From an uncultured delta proteobacterium (GTDB lineage Bacteria; Myxococcota_A; Polyangia; Polyangiales; Polyangiaceae), in the NCBI GenBank assembly GCA_963716725.1, contig CAVQUB010000005.1, positions 128,001 through 192,000 of the forward strand: DNA of 64,000 nt, read 5' to 3'. A program made the position numbers and the translations under genes. Positions 31,299-41,853 of this stretch are shown one piece after another. Below the pieces are notes generated by a model, which was not told the DNA's origin, ran no database searches, and worked only from the letters and a program-made list of their open reading frames with translations. Each line of letters begins with the position of its first letter. Positions within the stretch are counted from its first letter, which is position 1.

Positions 31299-32119
31299 GC
31301 GGGTTTCAGCAGGGATTCGCCGTATCGGATGGGACCGACCGAACGGGCCAGGGTGATTCCGGGTTCCACGAGCAGCACCGCCGTGGACCCCAAATGGAAG
31401 ATGCCGAGCTCGTCGCCCTTCTTCGAGGCGACGGGAGGGACAATGCTGTGGTCGCCGGGCGGAACGGCGGGCTCTGGGATGACGCCAACGCTGATGCGCC
31501 CGACGATGACGGCGCCCACCATCACGACGTACACCCGCCCCAGCCCCTGAGTGTCGATGGCGATGGCGACGCGGTTGTTGCGCACGAACAAACGCGGCAC
31601 GTGGCGTTCGCCGATCTTGTTGACCGGATACAGGTCTCCGGGGATCCCGAGCACTCGAGTGATGGCGCCGTCGACCGGAGAGTGAACTCGGTGGTAGTCG
31701 CGCGGCGACAGGTAGACCACGGCGAAGCTTCCGCCGGCAAAGCGTGAAGCGTCTTTCGGATCACCGACGAGCTCGCCCACGTCGTAGGGCTGTCCCTTGA
31801 CGAAGACGCGGCTGCCCGAGTCGACGGGCCCGGTGGATTCGACGACCCCATCCGAGGGGCTGACGATGACGTCGGCGCTGATGCGGCGGGCGCCGGGCTT
31901 CAAGTCCCGCGTGAAGAATGCGTCGAAGGTTGGGTACGCGCCGTCGTGCTGCGCAGCTTCACCCATGTCGACTCGGTAGAGGGTCGCGTACAGCCGCTCG
32001 ATGGCGCGGGACATTGGTGGCGCGAGTGGTCGCTCGCAGAGCACGCCCACGGCCCGACTGAGCCGGGTGCGCGGCAGCACTTTCAGGAGCTGCGCGGCGG
32101 CGAAGGTGGCAGCACTCAC
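31295..32119 (-). CDS. psd: Phosphatidylserine decarboxylase
   Basis: FFTR.LK...R, SPSDG, YLSPRDYHRVH, LGST self-cleavage motif. Confidence 0.93.
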   Translation of the reverse strand: MSAATFAAAQLLKVLPRTRLSRAVGVLCERPLAPPMSRAIERLYATLYRVDMGEAAQHDGAYPTFDAFFTRDLKPGARRISADVIVSPSDGVVESTGPVDSGSRVFVKGQPYDVGELVGDPKDASRFAGGSFAVVYLSPRDYHRVHSPVDGAITRVLGIPGDLYPVNKIGERHVPRLFVRNNRVAIAIDTQGLGRVYVVMVGAVIVGRISVGVIPEPAVPPGDHSIVPPVASKKGDELGIFHLGSTAVLLVEPGITLARSVGPIRYGESLLKPA

Positions 32120-32222
32120 GGGGGGTCCTCGAGCAGACAGCGCGAACTCCCCCGGGTCAGCGGAAGAGCCATCTGATTTCGCACAGATGCGCGTGTGATG
32201 CTAGGCGGCCCGGCTCCGACGG

Positions 32223-33752
32223 TCAATCTCGCGGCAGGAGCCGGCTCGACTCGCACAGCGCCCGACGCGAGGAGTCGACCGGAAGGGCCGGAATCGGCTC
32301 GCCGGGGCGCCGCGGCCTCCACCGGCCCTCACACGCCACCTCCTCGCTGAGCGGGTCGACGGCGATCCCCAGGCCGAAGGCGGCATCGGCGCCACGGGCG
32401 TCGCCGGACTCTGCGCGGAAACGCCCGGCGAGCGCTTGCCAGCCGCCGTGGATGGAGCGGAAGTCCCCTTGGCTGCCGAGCGCGGTCCGCGCCTCGGCGT
32501 CGCGGCCGGCTCCCGTCAGCGCCCGAGCCCATCGAAACCTCACGGAGGGCTCGGAGTCGAGGGTCCCGGCCGCCACCTCGAGCTGTTTCGCCGCGGCGGA
32601 GGCATGCCCGCGCGAGAACAGCAGATCTCCGAGTCGGACCCGGCGCGCCGGATCTTCTCGTGTGGGTGGGGTCGGTGCGGCGGGCGGAACCGCTTCGGGC
32701 TGCTGGGCGACGAGCGCGAGCTGCCACTTCAGCAGCCATGCGTTCAGGTCGTACCCGGTCACGCTCCGGAGAACTACGCTGGCGTCTTCACCGCCGCTGC
32801 CCTTCAGATCTCTCAGCAATAGGTGGAGCGCGGGGACCCCGCTCTCGCTCACCCAGTAGGCGACGAAGCTGGTCACTTCCGAGAACGCCGTCGCGGCGGC
32901 CTCGGGGGTCGGCAGCATGGCGATCGACGGACCCAGTTTGTCCACGCCCACCGAGCGCCCGGAGAGGATGGCGGCGCGGGCGACGGAGTCGGCCGGCGGC
33001 GTGGAGTCGAGCGGCCGCGGCGACCGCCAGCGCGTCTCCTCTCGCTTCGCGATCCCTTCTTGGAGCCAGAGCGGAGCGCGATCGCGCGTCGCGCGGCTCA
33101 GGGCCAGGTGGGCGATCTCGTGCGCGAGGGTGTCTTCCCAGGGATAACCCAGATGAGTCGTGCGGGGAGAGATCATGGTGACGCGCCCCCAGCGAGCGAC
33201 CGCGACGGTCCCCGTGGTCTCGGCCGCGGTCACGGGAAGGCCCGAGATGGCCGAGAGCGTGAAGAGATCGCGAACGAGATCGATCCGGAGCGGGCGCGGC
33301 AGCTCGGTGCCGAGATCGATCTCGATCTGCTTTCGCGCGCGCACGGCGACGTCCACGATGAAGGGCACGAGGGCGCGGTCCGCCTCGTCTTGGAGGCGAA
33401 TCCAGACGCCCGCGTCTCGATCGTCGTGCACCACCGCGCCAGCAGTCGCGCGGGCGCAGCTCTTCGACAGCTCGAAGAGCCCGCCGCCTTCGGGGGTCGT
33501 GCTGAGCTCGGCCGAAGCCAAGACGGCCGCCGCGGTGTCGCAATCGCCCAGGTAGATGGCCAGCCGCGCGCGCTCGAAGGCAAAGGTGGGCGATGTGGAA
33601 TCGGTCTTTTCCAGCAACTCTCGTCCGCGTTCCACATCGAGTTCCGTGATCGCATCCGCGATGGCCTGAGCCCGGCTCGGCGCTTCGGCGAGGGAAGACC
33701 CGGAACCCAGCAGGCCCGCAGCGACCATCAAGCTCGCGAGCTTCCGTCTCAT
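32223..33752 (-). CDS. Exported MA-clan metallopeptidase-like/TPR protein
   Basis: Signal peptide; HEIAH...PLWLQEG. Confidence 0.75.
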   Translation of the reverse strand: MRRKLASLMVAAGLLGSGSSLAEAPSRAQAIADAITELDVERGRELLEKTDSTSPTFAFERARLAIYLGDCDTAAAVLASAELSTTPEGGGLFELSKSCARATAGAVVHDDRDAGVWIRLQDEADRALVPFIVDVAVRARKQIEIDLGTELPRPLRIDLVRDLFTLSAISGLPVTAAETTGTVAVARWGRVTMISPRTTHLGYPWEDTLAHEIAHLALSRATRDRAPLWLQEGIAKREETRWRSPRPLDSTPPADSVARAAILSGRSVGVDKLGPSIAMLPTPEAAATAFSEVTSFVAYWVSESGVPALHLLLRDLKGSGGEDASVVLRSVTGYDLNAWLLKWQLALVAQQPEAVPPAAPTPPTREDPARRVRLGDLLFSRGHASAAAKQLEVAAGTLDSEPSVRFRWARALTGAGRDAEARTALGSQGDFRSIHGGWQALAGRFRAESGDARGADAAFGLGIAVDPLSEEVACEGRWRPRRPGEPIPALPVDSSRRALCESSRLLPRD

Positions 33753-36586
33753 CGCAGGAGCCCCTCTGCGTAGCGCTTCACCGCCGGGGCCAGGCGGTTG
33801 TTCTTGCTCTTGCCGAGACCGTCGATCACGCGTCGACGGAACTCTTCTGCGCTCTTCTTGTCCTGATCGCGCGGAACCTGGCCGCCGGTGCGCATCGCTT
33901 TGCCGCGCTCGCCCTGCGACTCGTTCGGGCGCGGCTCCTTCGCGGGTTGGTCTTCGTCGTCACCGGTTTGGCCGGTGCTCGCTTGCTCGAGCAGGCGCTG
34001 CGCTTGTCGCTGGAGCTCGAGCCCGCGGTCGCCCTTGCCATCCGTGAGCTCGCGCGACGCTTCCCGCATCAGACCCTCGGCGCGCTCGAGGTTCTCGAGC
34101 GCATCTTCGGGCAGCGCGGTGTCGGTGTTTTTCCCGCGGGACGCGAGATTGCCGGCGCGACGCGACAGCTCGTGTTCGCGTTCTCCAGCGCTGTTGGTCG
34201 CCGATCGGGACTTCGCTTGCGCGTTCTTCTTGAGCTCGTTCAGCTGCTTTTCGGCCCAACCGAGCTGAACCGCGAGCTCGCGTTTGGCGCGCTGGATCTC
34301 TTCGGGAGGCAATGCGTCGCTGGCGCCAGCGCGCTTCTCGGCGTCGGCGAGGGCCGCCAGCGAGCTCTTACCGCTCTGAACCGCGTCGCCCAGTCCGAGC
34401 CGTTCCAGAGACTCGGCCATCGCCGTCCCGTGTTCCCTGCTCAGTGCCGCGGCGGAGCGCGCCGAGCCGGGGGTGTGACTGAACTGAGGCAGGTCGGCCA
34501 GGGCTCGCCGAATCGCGTCCGCGCGCTGCTTGGCCTCTTCGCGCAGGCCTTCGAGATCGACCCCAGCTTCGGCCTCCGCCAGCGCTTGCTCGACCTTGCC
34601 GATTTCGTCCGCGTGATCGGCGGCGAGCTTCTCCAGCTCCGCGGCCAGCTCGTCGAATCGATCGCTCGTATCCGAGGGCTCGTCGCCCGCCCCTCCGCCC
34701 TGGCTCGGTGCGCCGGACTCGACGCCGCCGCGCTGAGCGCTGCCGAAGGATGGATTCGGGCGACGGAGTCGCGCGGCCAGATGACGCGCGGCCAGCTCGG
34801 CGTGTGTGAGATCGTCGGCCTTGCGCGAGCGCTCGACGCGCCCCAAGTCCGCGTGCGCGATGCTCCCGAGGTCCTTGCCCAACATTCCGAGCACCAGGAG
34901 CCGACCGGCGCCATCGCGTGACGCCGACAGCGCGGCGTCGAGTCGCGCGAGCCCCGCCGCGCTCTGCTCTGTCTCGCGGGCTTGTCGGGCGCCATCTGCA
35001 ATCTCTTCGACGACGTCAGCCAGCCGTTTGGCGACGCTCTGCGCGTCCTTGGTCGAGAGCATTCGCAGCACCGCGTCCAGCGCCAGAACGACGTCTTCGG
35101 TGCGGCGGATCCTCGACTCGCCGGGTCGGAGTGAACGCTCCAGCACCCGCATTTGTCCCAAGATGAACGCGCGCAGTCCCGCGGGCACTCCCAGGCCGCC
35201 GTAGGTCTTGTCCGCGGCCTTGCGCACGGTGTCGGCCGCGCGACGCGCGTGATCGGACTCCTCCCGCGCCGGACGCTCGGCGTCCTTCTTGCTGCTCCGC
35301 TCGGACTGCCAGGCCAAGAAATCGAGCACGGCTCCCTGCCCGTCGGCCAGCGCGGCGTAGCGCGACGCTTCCGGCTCGCCTACTACCGGTGGAATCAGCG
35401 TGATGGCGGCGCTCCGCCCCCACTTCGGTCCTGCGACGGGATCGTTGTCTCGGGCCTCAATCGTGACGTGCACGGGCAAGTACATGCGGCGCAGGAATGG
35501 ATCGCGCGGTGACAGGACGTGGTTGCCACGTTCGAAGGTGGTCGCGCCGTCCAGACGCGCGAGCACCCGGCGGTCTTCGCGATCGCCGGCGCGCATCACC
35601 ACGTCCAGTTGTTTGAGGCCGTGGTCGTCACTTGCTTCGTAGGACAGCTCCAGGGCTTCTAGTGTCTTGAGCTCCACGGTCTTCGGCGCATCCGCCAGAG
35701 TGACCTCCGGAGCGTCATCGGGGAGGGCCTTCACCGGGATCGATTCGAGCTCGTGGATCAGGACCTTTCCGAAGCGAGCCGCCACGCTGAGCTCACCGCT
35801 AGCGGTCACCGTCCAGCGTGCAACGACGCCGCCGGCGCCGTCGGCGACGAAGGGCACCTCGAGCTGGCCATCCGTGAGCACCAGGCGGCGGCCGTCGCGC
35901 CGCGGGATGCCCCGCACCGACAACAGTGTGCCCTCCGGGTGTCGTGACTCGAGCCCCGGCAGCACCGAGCGCCCGGGCAGCTTGAGGTAGGCCGGCGGCT
36001 CGGCCGTGACCTTCATGAAATCGATCCACGCGAGGGGCAGCGGAGCTCGGCCCTTGCGCGCGAAGAGCACGTCGAGTCCTTCGACCACGCGCATTGGACC
36101 CAGGGCAAACGCCGCCACGACCAGGGAGAGGCCGAGCAGCACGCCTCCGCGCCAGAGCCGCGCGCGGCGGCCCGCGCTGCGTTCGACCTCGGGCAACGAA
36201 GCGCGGGCGATCAGCCGCTCGAAGTGGAGCCGCGCGAGCTGGGGCGACCCCGCAGTGGAGTCGCGCTGCGTACGTTCCATCAGCGTCACCGCGCGCAGCG
36301 CGCGCTGTCCGAGCTCGCGGTCGGTGGGGACCAGCACCGCGGAGATCGTGCGCCGGAGATCGAGGTAGGTCCGCCGTTCGCGCCAAGCCCGAGCGATCAT
36401 TGCGACCACCACTGCGCCGATGAGCGTGGCGGTCAGCCCGCGCGTGAGCGGAGTCCCGTTGCGCGCGAGGTGGGCACCGCCGACGATGGCCAGGACCAGC
36501 GCGGTGAGCAGCGCCTGCCGTGCCGCCGTGCCAACGCGGGCCCGCCAGGCCAAAGCCAGGCGGTTGATCAGCTCGGTGACGGCCAC
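33749..36586 (-). CDS. DUF4175-like membrane/coiled-coil protein
   Basis: TM segments, PPAYL, DDAPEV, ASDDHGL, long helical C-terminus ending YAEGLLR. Confidence 0.75.
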   Translation of the reverse strand: MAVTELINRLALAWRARVGTAARQALLTALVLAIVGGAHLARNGTPLTRGLTATLIGAVVVAMIARAWRERRTYLDLRRTISAVLVPTDRELGQRALRAVTLMERTQRDSTAGSPQLARLHFERLIARASLPEVERSAGRRARLWRGGVLLGLSLVVAAFALGPMRVVEGLDVLFARKGRAPLPLAWIDFMKVTAEPPAYLKLPGRSVLPGLESRHPEGTLLSVRGIPRRDGRRLVLTDGQLEVPFVADGAGGVVARWTVTASGELSVAARFGKVLIHELESIPVKALPDDAPEVTLADAPKTVELKTLEALELSYEASDDHGLKQLDVVMRAGDREDRRVLARLDGATTFERGNHVLSPRDPFLRRMYLPVHVTIEARDNDPVAGPKWGRSAAITLIPPVVGEPEASRYAALADGQGAVLDFLAWQSERSSKKDAERPAREESDHARRAADTVRKAADKTYGGLGVPAGLRAFILGQMRVLERSLRPGESRIRRTEDVVLALDAVLRMLSTKDAQSVAKRLADVVEEIADGARQARETEQSAAGLARLDAALSASRDGAGRLLVLGMLGKDLGSIAHADLGRVERSRKADDLTHAELAARHLAARLRRPNPSFGSAQRGGVESGAPSQGGGAGDEPSDTSDRFDELAAELEKLAADHADEIGKVEQALAEAEAGVDLEGLREEAKQRADAIRRALADLPQFSHTPGSARSAAALSREHGTAMAESLERLGLGDAVQSGKSSLAALADAEKRAGASDALPPEEIQRAKRELAVQLGWAEKQLNELKKNAQAKSRSATNSAGEREHELSRRAGNLASRGKNTDTALPEDALENLERAEGLMREASRELTDGKGDRGLELQRQAQRLLEQASTGQTGDDEDQPAKEPRPNESQGERGKAMRTGGQVPRDQDKKSAEEFRRRVIDGLGKSKNNRLAPAVKRYAEGLLR

Positions 36587-36614
36587 GGTGGCAGCTTAGC
36601 GCTAGCGCCCGGCG

Positions 36615-37406
36615 GTGGTACTCTTTGCGGACGTGCGGGACGTCCGACGCCTGAAGCGCCTATTGCTCTCCTTCGCGGACACCGGTGTCCGCGTGGGATG
36701 GCTGGCGGAGCAGCTCGAGCTGTGGCCCGTTGCGAGCGCGGCCCGCCTGCTCGACGAGCTGTGCGACGAGAGCGAGCGCTCGGACCCCGAGGCGCGGGAG
36801 GCGCTCTTGGCCCTGTCTTTGTACCTGGTCAGCCGAGGGCCGAGCGCGTGCGTGGATCGCCTGCGAGAAGAAGCCGAGACCCGCCACTTGCTCGGGCTCG
36901 CGCGACTGCTGCGGCGCGGGCCGCCGCCGGTGATGGTGGATCGTCCGGCGACCGAGCTGCCCGTCCCCGACTATGGCGCGGGGCGCGAGCTCACGCTCGG
37001 CGAACGTCGATCGCTCGCGCGGCGCCCGAGCCGACGGTCCTTCGAGAAGCTCCTGGCGGATCCCCACCCCTTGGTCATCCGGCTCTTGCTCCAGAACCCG
37101 AAGCTCACCGAGGACGACGTGGTGCGCCTGGTCGCGCGGCGCCCGGCGCGCCAGGCGGTCATGGCAGAGGTCGCGCAGTCGTTGCGCTGGCTCTGCCACG
37201 GTCGGGTCCGCCTCACGCTCGTGCTCAACCCGGGGTCGCCTCCCGAGATCGCCATGCCGCTCCTGCCCATCTGCAAGCGAACCGAGCTCAAAGAGGTGGT
37301 GCGCGCCACCGAGACCTCGATCGTGCTGCGCGCCACCGCCCTCGAGTTGCTGGAGCGCCGGCCCCCCATCAGAGTCGTCGACTTGGCCGACGTGGTGCTG
37401 CAGTAG
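36615..37406 (+). CDS. Conserved hypothetical helical-repeat protein
   Basis: LLADPHPLVIRLLLQNPKLTEDDV. Confidence 0.7.
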   Translation: MVLFADVRDVRRLKRLLLSFADTGVRVGWLAEQLELWPVASAARLLDELCDESERSDPEAREALLALSLYLVSRGPSACVDRLREEAETRHLLGLARLLRRGPPPVMVDRPATELPVPDYGAGRELTLGERRSLARRPSRRSFEKLLADPHPLVIRLLLQNPKLTEDDVVRLVARRPARQAVMAEVAQSLRWLCHGRVRLTLVLNPGSPPEIAMPLLPICKRTELKEVVRATETSIVLRATALELLERRPPIRVVDLADVVLQ

Positions 37407-37411
37407 GTCTC

Positions 37412-38296
37412 AGAGGTGTCCGGAACAGGAGATGCTGAGATCCAGCTGTACCCCGGGATAAATCCCGGGGCACGAGGGTTGTCCCCCAAGCCCGCCCTTC
37501 GGGCGGGCTGCTGGCGTCACAGGAGGTTGGCTTCCCAGGATTCGGCAGGCGCGTTCGCGGCGTGATGTTCGCGCTGTCGGCGGACATAGGCGGCGAGCGT
37601 GTCGAGGGCGCTCGGAGTCACAGACTCGGCCCAGTAGCCGACCTGCCAGACGAGTCCCTGGGTCTCGGGGAGAGTGGAGTGAAACGCGCGACTCGAGGCC
37701 CCTTTGAGCCGATGCGCGATCTGCGCGACGGGGACGCGCGGCGGGTGGCGGAGGAGGACGTGGGCATGGTCGTTGGCGTTTCCGACGGCCAATAGCTGGC
37801 AGTCGAGCGTACGCGCCTTGCGGTCGAGCAGAGCAGCGAGCCAACTGTCGAAGCGCGGATGGATCCAGGGCACGCGGTTGCGCGTGGACCAGGTCATGTG
37901 GACGACGAGGACGGTCGCGGCGTGCGCGTGCCAGGGAAGGAGTGGAAACGGAGGGTCCATGGCTACCCGTTCGGCCGGTTTCGGCGGAAGTTGCGCGCGC
38001 AATGGAAATAGTCTGCCTCGCCTTGATGTTGAGACGCCTCGACCGCGTCGCGCAGGATGGCACGCGCGTGCGCGCGTCGGCTTCGGCGCCCTCGTTTCGG
38101 CGCGAGGCATCGCTCCTCGAGTACCGCGCGCAGCCCGTCGGCTGACCCGTCCGCGGCGCGACCACCCTTGCCCCCGCGATCAGCCCGCCCGAAGGGCGGG
38201 CTTACCTAGCAAACCTCGTGCCCCGGGATTCATCCCGGGGGCTTCCGGGGCTCCCAGATGATTCGCATCACCGATCGCGCATTGCCGGACACATCT
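37412..38296. mobile_element. REP-flanked Y1 transposase unit (REPtron-like)
   Basis: 60-bp inverted repeats 37451-37510 / 38181-38240 (52/60 identical), each with two hairpins; outer 12-bp IR agaggtgtccgg / ccggacacatct. Confidence 0.8.
37517..37960 (-). CDS. tnpA: IS200/IS605-family (HUH, Y1) transposase, RAYT-like
   Basis: HMTWSTRNR, DHAHVLL (HUH), LKGASS, WQVGY, Y..RQREHH. Confidence 0.9.
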   Translation of the reverse strand: MDPPFPLLPWHAHAATVLVVHMTWSTRNRVPWIHPRFDSWLAALLDRKARTLDCQLLAVGNANDHAHVLLRHPPRVPVAQIAHRLKGASSRAFHSTLPETQGLVWQVGYWAESVTPSALDTLAAYVRRQREHHAANAPAESWEANLL

Positions 38297-38527
38297 TCAG
38301 CCCTCTTCTTCTTCGCCCACGTCCCAGCGCGTCAGCGCGCCGACGGTGATCTCCGAGGCGCAAGCTTCACACAGCGGCGGCTCTTCGTAGCGGACCTCGT
38401 CGCCGCGGGTCCACAGAAACAACCCAGCACCGCCGGGCGAACCTTCGAAGGACTCGCCGCAGGCGTCGCAAACGAAGCGCCTTTCCGGCGCGGCTTCGGC
38501 GACCGGCTCGAATCGCGAGGCGGACAT
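38297..38527 (-). CDS. Small CxxC...CxxC protein
   Basis: CDAC...CEAC. Confidence 0.65.
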   Translation of the reverse strand: MSASRFEPVAEAAPERRFVCDACGESFEGSPGGAGLFLWTRGDEVRYEEPPLCEACASEITVGALTRWDVGEEEEG

Positions 38528-38561
38528 CGTGTCGAAGGATAGCACCTTGGCAGCAGACCGC

Positions 38562-40868
38562 TCACGCGTCGCTGGCCGCGGCCTCTGCCTCGGGCTTTTC
38601 CTTGGGTCCGGCCTCGGCGCCGCAGGCCGTCGCCAAGAGCTCGACGATGTCCAGGTTCTGGATCTCGGCCTCTTTCTCCTCATTCTTGAGGCCGTCCGTC
38701 AGCATGGTCATGCAGAAGGGGCAGGCGGTGGCGATGGTCGTCGCGCCGGTCTCGAGCAGCTGCAAGGTGCGCTTCACGTTCACGCGGTCCTTGTTCTGCT
38801 CCTCCATCCACATCTGCGCGCCGCCGGCGCCGCAGCACATGCCCTTGTTGCGGGTCCAGTACTCGGGCTCCACCAGCTCGACGCCGGGGATGCGGCGCAG
38901 GATCTCTCGGGGCGATTCGTAGATCTCGTTGTAGCGACCGAGGTAACACGAGTCGTGATACACGACCCGCCCCTTGACGGCTTGGGTGGGCTTCAGCTTG
39001 CCCAGCGCGACCAGCTCGAGCAGGTAGTCGGCGTGGTGAACGACCTCCCACTTTGCGCCAAAGTCGGGGTACTCGTTGGCGAGCGTGTTGAAGCAGTGCG
39101 GACAGGTGGTGATGATCTTCTTGACGCCGCCCTGCTCGCGGTAGCCGTTGATGGTCGCGACGTTTGTCTCCGTCAACATCAGGAACAGCAGCTCGTTGCC
39201 GGCTCGGCGCGCGGAGTCGCCCGTGCACGACTCCTCTTGGCCCAAGATCGCGAAATCGATGCCGGCCTGCTTCAGCAATGCGACCGTGGCGCGCGCGATC
39301 TTCTTGGCGCGATCGTCGTAGCTGGCGGCGCAGCCGACCCAGAACAGCACGTCGGCCTTGGGCTTTGCCGCCATCGTCGGCACGTCGAGCCCTTCGGACC
39401 AGGTGGCTCGATCGACCCGCGACAGATTCCACGGGTTGCCGTTGGTCTCCATGCCCTGGAAGGGCTTGTTGAGCTCCTGCGGGAAGCTCTCGCCGCGGAT
39501 CATCACCAGGTTGCGGCGCATCTGCACGATCTTGTCGACGTAGGTGATCATCACCGGACACTGCTCTTCGCAGGCGCGGCAGGTCGTGCAGGCCCAGAGC
39601 ACGTCTTCGTGCACGACGTTCGGGATCAGATCGACGGGTTTGTAGTCGGGCTTCTTCTCCGCTTCGCTGGCGTCGGCGGGCGCGGGTTTCTCCTCGGCCT
39701 CGGGCCTCTCTTCTGCTTCCGGCTCGGTGGCGGGCGCCGGCGCGATATCGAGGTTCACCCGGGGCACTTCGCCCAGCTCCAGGAACTCTTCTTGCCTCGA
39801 ATACAGGTGATTGCGCAGGTCGAGCGTCAGGAACTTCGGGCTCAGGATCTTGCCCGTGGTGGCGGCCGGGCAGTTGTCCGAGCAGCGCCCGCACTCGGTG
39901 CAGGTGTAGAAATCGAGTACGTCTTTCCAGCTGAAATGCTCGATGCGGGCACTGCCGATGGGCGCGGCGAGCATGTCATCTCGCTCCATCGCCTTTTCCA
40001 CCTTGGCCATCAGCTCTTCGGCGTCTTTGGCGATGCGAGGCAGGCGGCCGGGTGGCGTGATGTCGCTGAGCGCGACGTTGGGCACCGCCGTGATGATGTG
40101 GAAGTGCTTGGAGTAGGGCAGGATGTTGAGGAAGATCAGTACTAGCGACGAGTGGATCCAGAAGCCCGCATGGGCGATGACCACCAGGCCCGACACGCTC
40201 ACGCTCGAGAGGGCCAGGGCCCAGGCGCTACCGGCGGGCTCGGGGTAGGGATGGAAGGCGAGGGGGCCGGCCGCGGGCGCGAAGGGTTTGATGATCGTCG
40301 CTGCGGCGCCGCACCAGTCGCTGCTGCGCGTGCCGCACTCGGCCGCCAGCTTGTGGTTCAGAACGATGGCCGCGCCGTCGTAGATCTGGTCGGCGATCAT
40401 CATCGTCACGATGATGCAGAGGATCACCAAGCCCTCGACCGAGAGGGTCATGCGCTTCTGTTTGTTGAGCGTGCGGTAGTAGATGAACACCATCGCGCCG
40501 AGCACCACCAGCGTGGACACGACGTCCTTGAGGAAGCCGTAGATCTGCCCCGCCGTGTCCGTGGGCCCGAACACCCAGAAGTTGAAGCTCGGATCGAAGC
40601 CGCGCCCCCAGAGGATCAGGGTGCGCAGCAAGAGCACGCTGAAACCCACGAAAATCAGGTTGTGCGCGACGCCCGCCGTCAGGTAGTAGCGCATCTTCTT
40701 TTGGAAGAGCGCGAAGGTCCAAACGCGACCGAGGCGTTTGCCCAGGCTGCCAAAGCGGCTCTCCTGGGTAGGCCCGCCGACCTTCAGCAGTCCCCAACGC
40801 TGGCTCGCACTCCACAGGAATGCGCCGGTGAGACTCAGGATGACGACGGCCATCGCTACGGGATTCAT
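38562..40868 (-). CDS. FadF/HdrD-like membrane Fe-S oxidoreductase (CCG domains)
   Basis: TM helices; CTECGRCSDNCP, CTTCRACEEQCP, HDSCYLGR, CCGAGG. Confidence 0.92.
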   Translation of the reverse strand: MNPVAMAVVILSLTGAFLWSASQRWGLLKVGGPTQESRFGSLGKRLGRVWTFALFQKKMRYYLTAGVAHNLIFVGFSVLLLRTLILWGRGFDPSFNFWVFGPTDTAGQIYGFLKDVVSTLVVLGAMVFIYYRTLNKQKRMTLSVEGLVILCIIVTMMIADQIYDGAAIVLNHKLAAECGTRSSDWCGAAATIIKPFAPAAGPLAFHPYPEPAGSAWALALSSVSVSGLVVIAHAGFWIHSSLVLIFLNILPYSKHFHIITAVPNVALSDITPPGRLPRIAKDAEELMAKVEKAMERDDMLAAPIGSARIEHFSWKDVLDFYTCTECGRCSDNCPAATTGKILSPKFLTLDLRNHLYSRQEEFLELGEVPRVNLDIAPAPATEPEAEERPEAEEKPAPADASEAEKKPDYKPVDLIPNVVHEDVLWACTTCRACEEQCPVMITYVDKIVQMRRNLVMIRGESFPQELNKPFQGMETNGNPWNLSRVDRATWSEGLDVPTMAAKPKADVLFWVGCAASYDDRAKKIARATVALLKQAGIDFAILGQEESCTGDSARRAGNELLFLMLTETNVATINGYREQGGVKKIITTCPHCFNTLANEYPDFGAKWEVVHHADYLLELVALGKLKPTQAVKGRVVYHDSCYLGRYNEIYESPREILRRIPGVELVEPEYWTRNKGMCCGAGGAQMWMEEQNKDRVNVKRTLQLLETGATTIATACPFCMTMLTDGLKNEEKEAEIQNLDIVELLATACGAEAGPKEKPEAEAAASDA

Positions 40869-41013
40869 GGTCGGTGCTCCACCCCTTCGGGTATGCCCCT
40901 CCGGGCCCGCCCCTTCGGGTGTTCCGAAGCGGCTCCGACGGGGGCGGGTCTCACCGAGGTCTTAAGGCGCCATGCCGCTTCGCGTCAACCTGGACGGAGT
41001 GGCTGCGACGAAA

Positions 41014-41661
41014 TCAGGCGCGACCGCTGAGCCGAAGCCAGGCCAAGAGCGCGAGCCAGACGAAGACGAGCAGCGCGACCCACAGCACCGTGCGGCGTGG
41101 AGTCGCCGGCGCGGCCGGGCCCACCAGGACCGCAAGGGGTTCGCCCTGGTCGGCCGCCAACGCCTCACGTTCGGTGAGCACCGGCGGCGTTGCGGGCTGC
41201 TCGATGCGCCGGATCCCGGGATCCGAAGCTTCCGAGGGAACGACCGCCAACAACAACAGGCCCCGTGGCAACTGCGGGCTGTCCGGCAGGCCACCTCGCT
41301 CGGGGATGCGGATCACGAGGGTCCGCCCCGATGCGGTGGATTCCAGGTCGCTCTCGTCGCGCCTCGGCAGCGTGACCTGCAAGACCTCGCTCAGCTCTTT
41401 CTTTCCGCGCACGCTGATGGCGCCCGAGCGATCGCAGGTGTCGCAGCCGCCGCCGTCGCAGGCCGCGCACTTCAGGTTGCGCGGCAGCTCGATCTCGATC
41501 AGCGCGCCCTCCTCGAGCCAATCCGCCGCCACGTGGATGCGGTGAATGACGTCGGCGCCTCGCGGCACGTCGATCGCGCCGGTGACCTTTCCGAGTCGAT
41601 GTCTCGACACTTGAGGAGAAGCGTACCCCCCGCGGCGGCTCGTGGATAAGATTTTCCACAA
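41014..41661 (-). CDS. Hypothetical protein with DnaJ-like zinc motif and C-terminal TM; start uncertain
   Basis: CAACDGGGCDTCDRSG. Confidence 0.65.
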   Translation of the reverse strand: MWKILSTSRRGGYASPQVSRHRLGKVTGAIDVPRGADVIHRIHVAADWLEEGALIEIELPRNLKCAACDGGGCDTCDRSGAISVRGKKELSEVLQVTLPRRDESDLESTASGRTLVIRIPERGGLPDSPQLPRGLLLLAVVPSEASDPGIRRIEQPATPPVLTEREALAADQGEPLAVLVGPAAPATPRRTVLWVALLVFVWLALLAWLRLSGRA

Positions 41662-41853
41662 GTCGCGGCTCTGGGCTGCCGAATCGGGCGTCCGTGGGAC
41701 TACGTCGCGAGAGTCCGCACGGATCTTTCAGCTTCCTACGCCGGCATCTGCTGCTCGGCGAGCGACAACATCGTCACGATCTGCGGCAGGCCCCCCACCT
41801 ACGCGGGCACTACCTTGCAGGCCACCGGTGAGTCCAAGAGGGTGCGCCGACTA

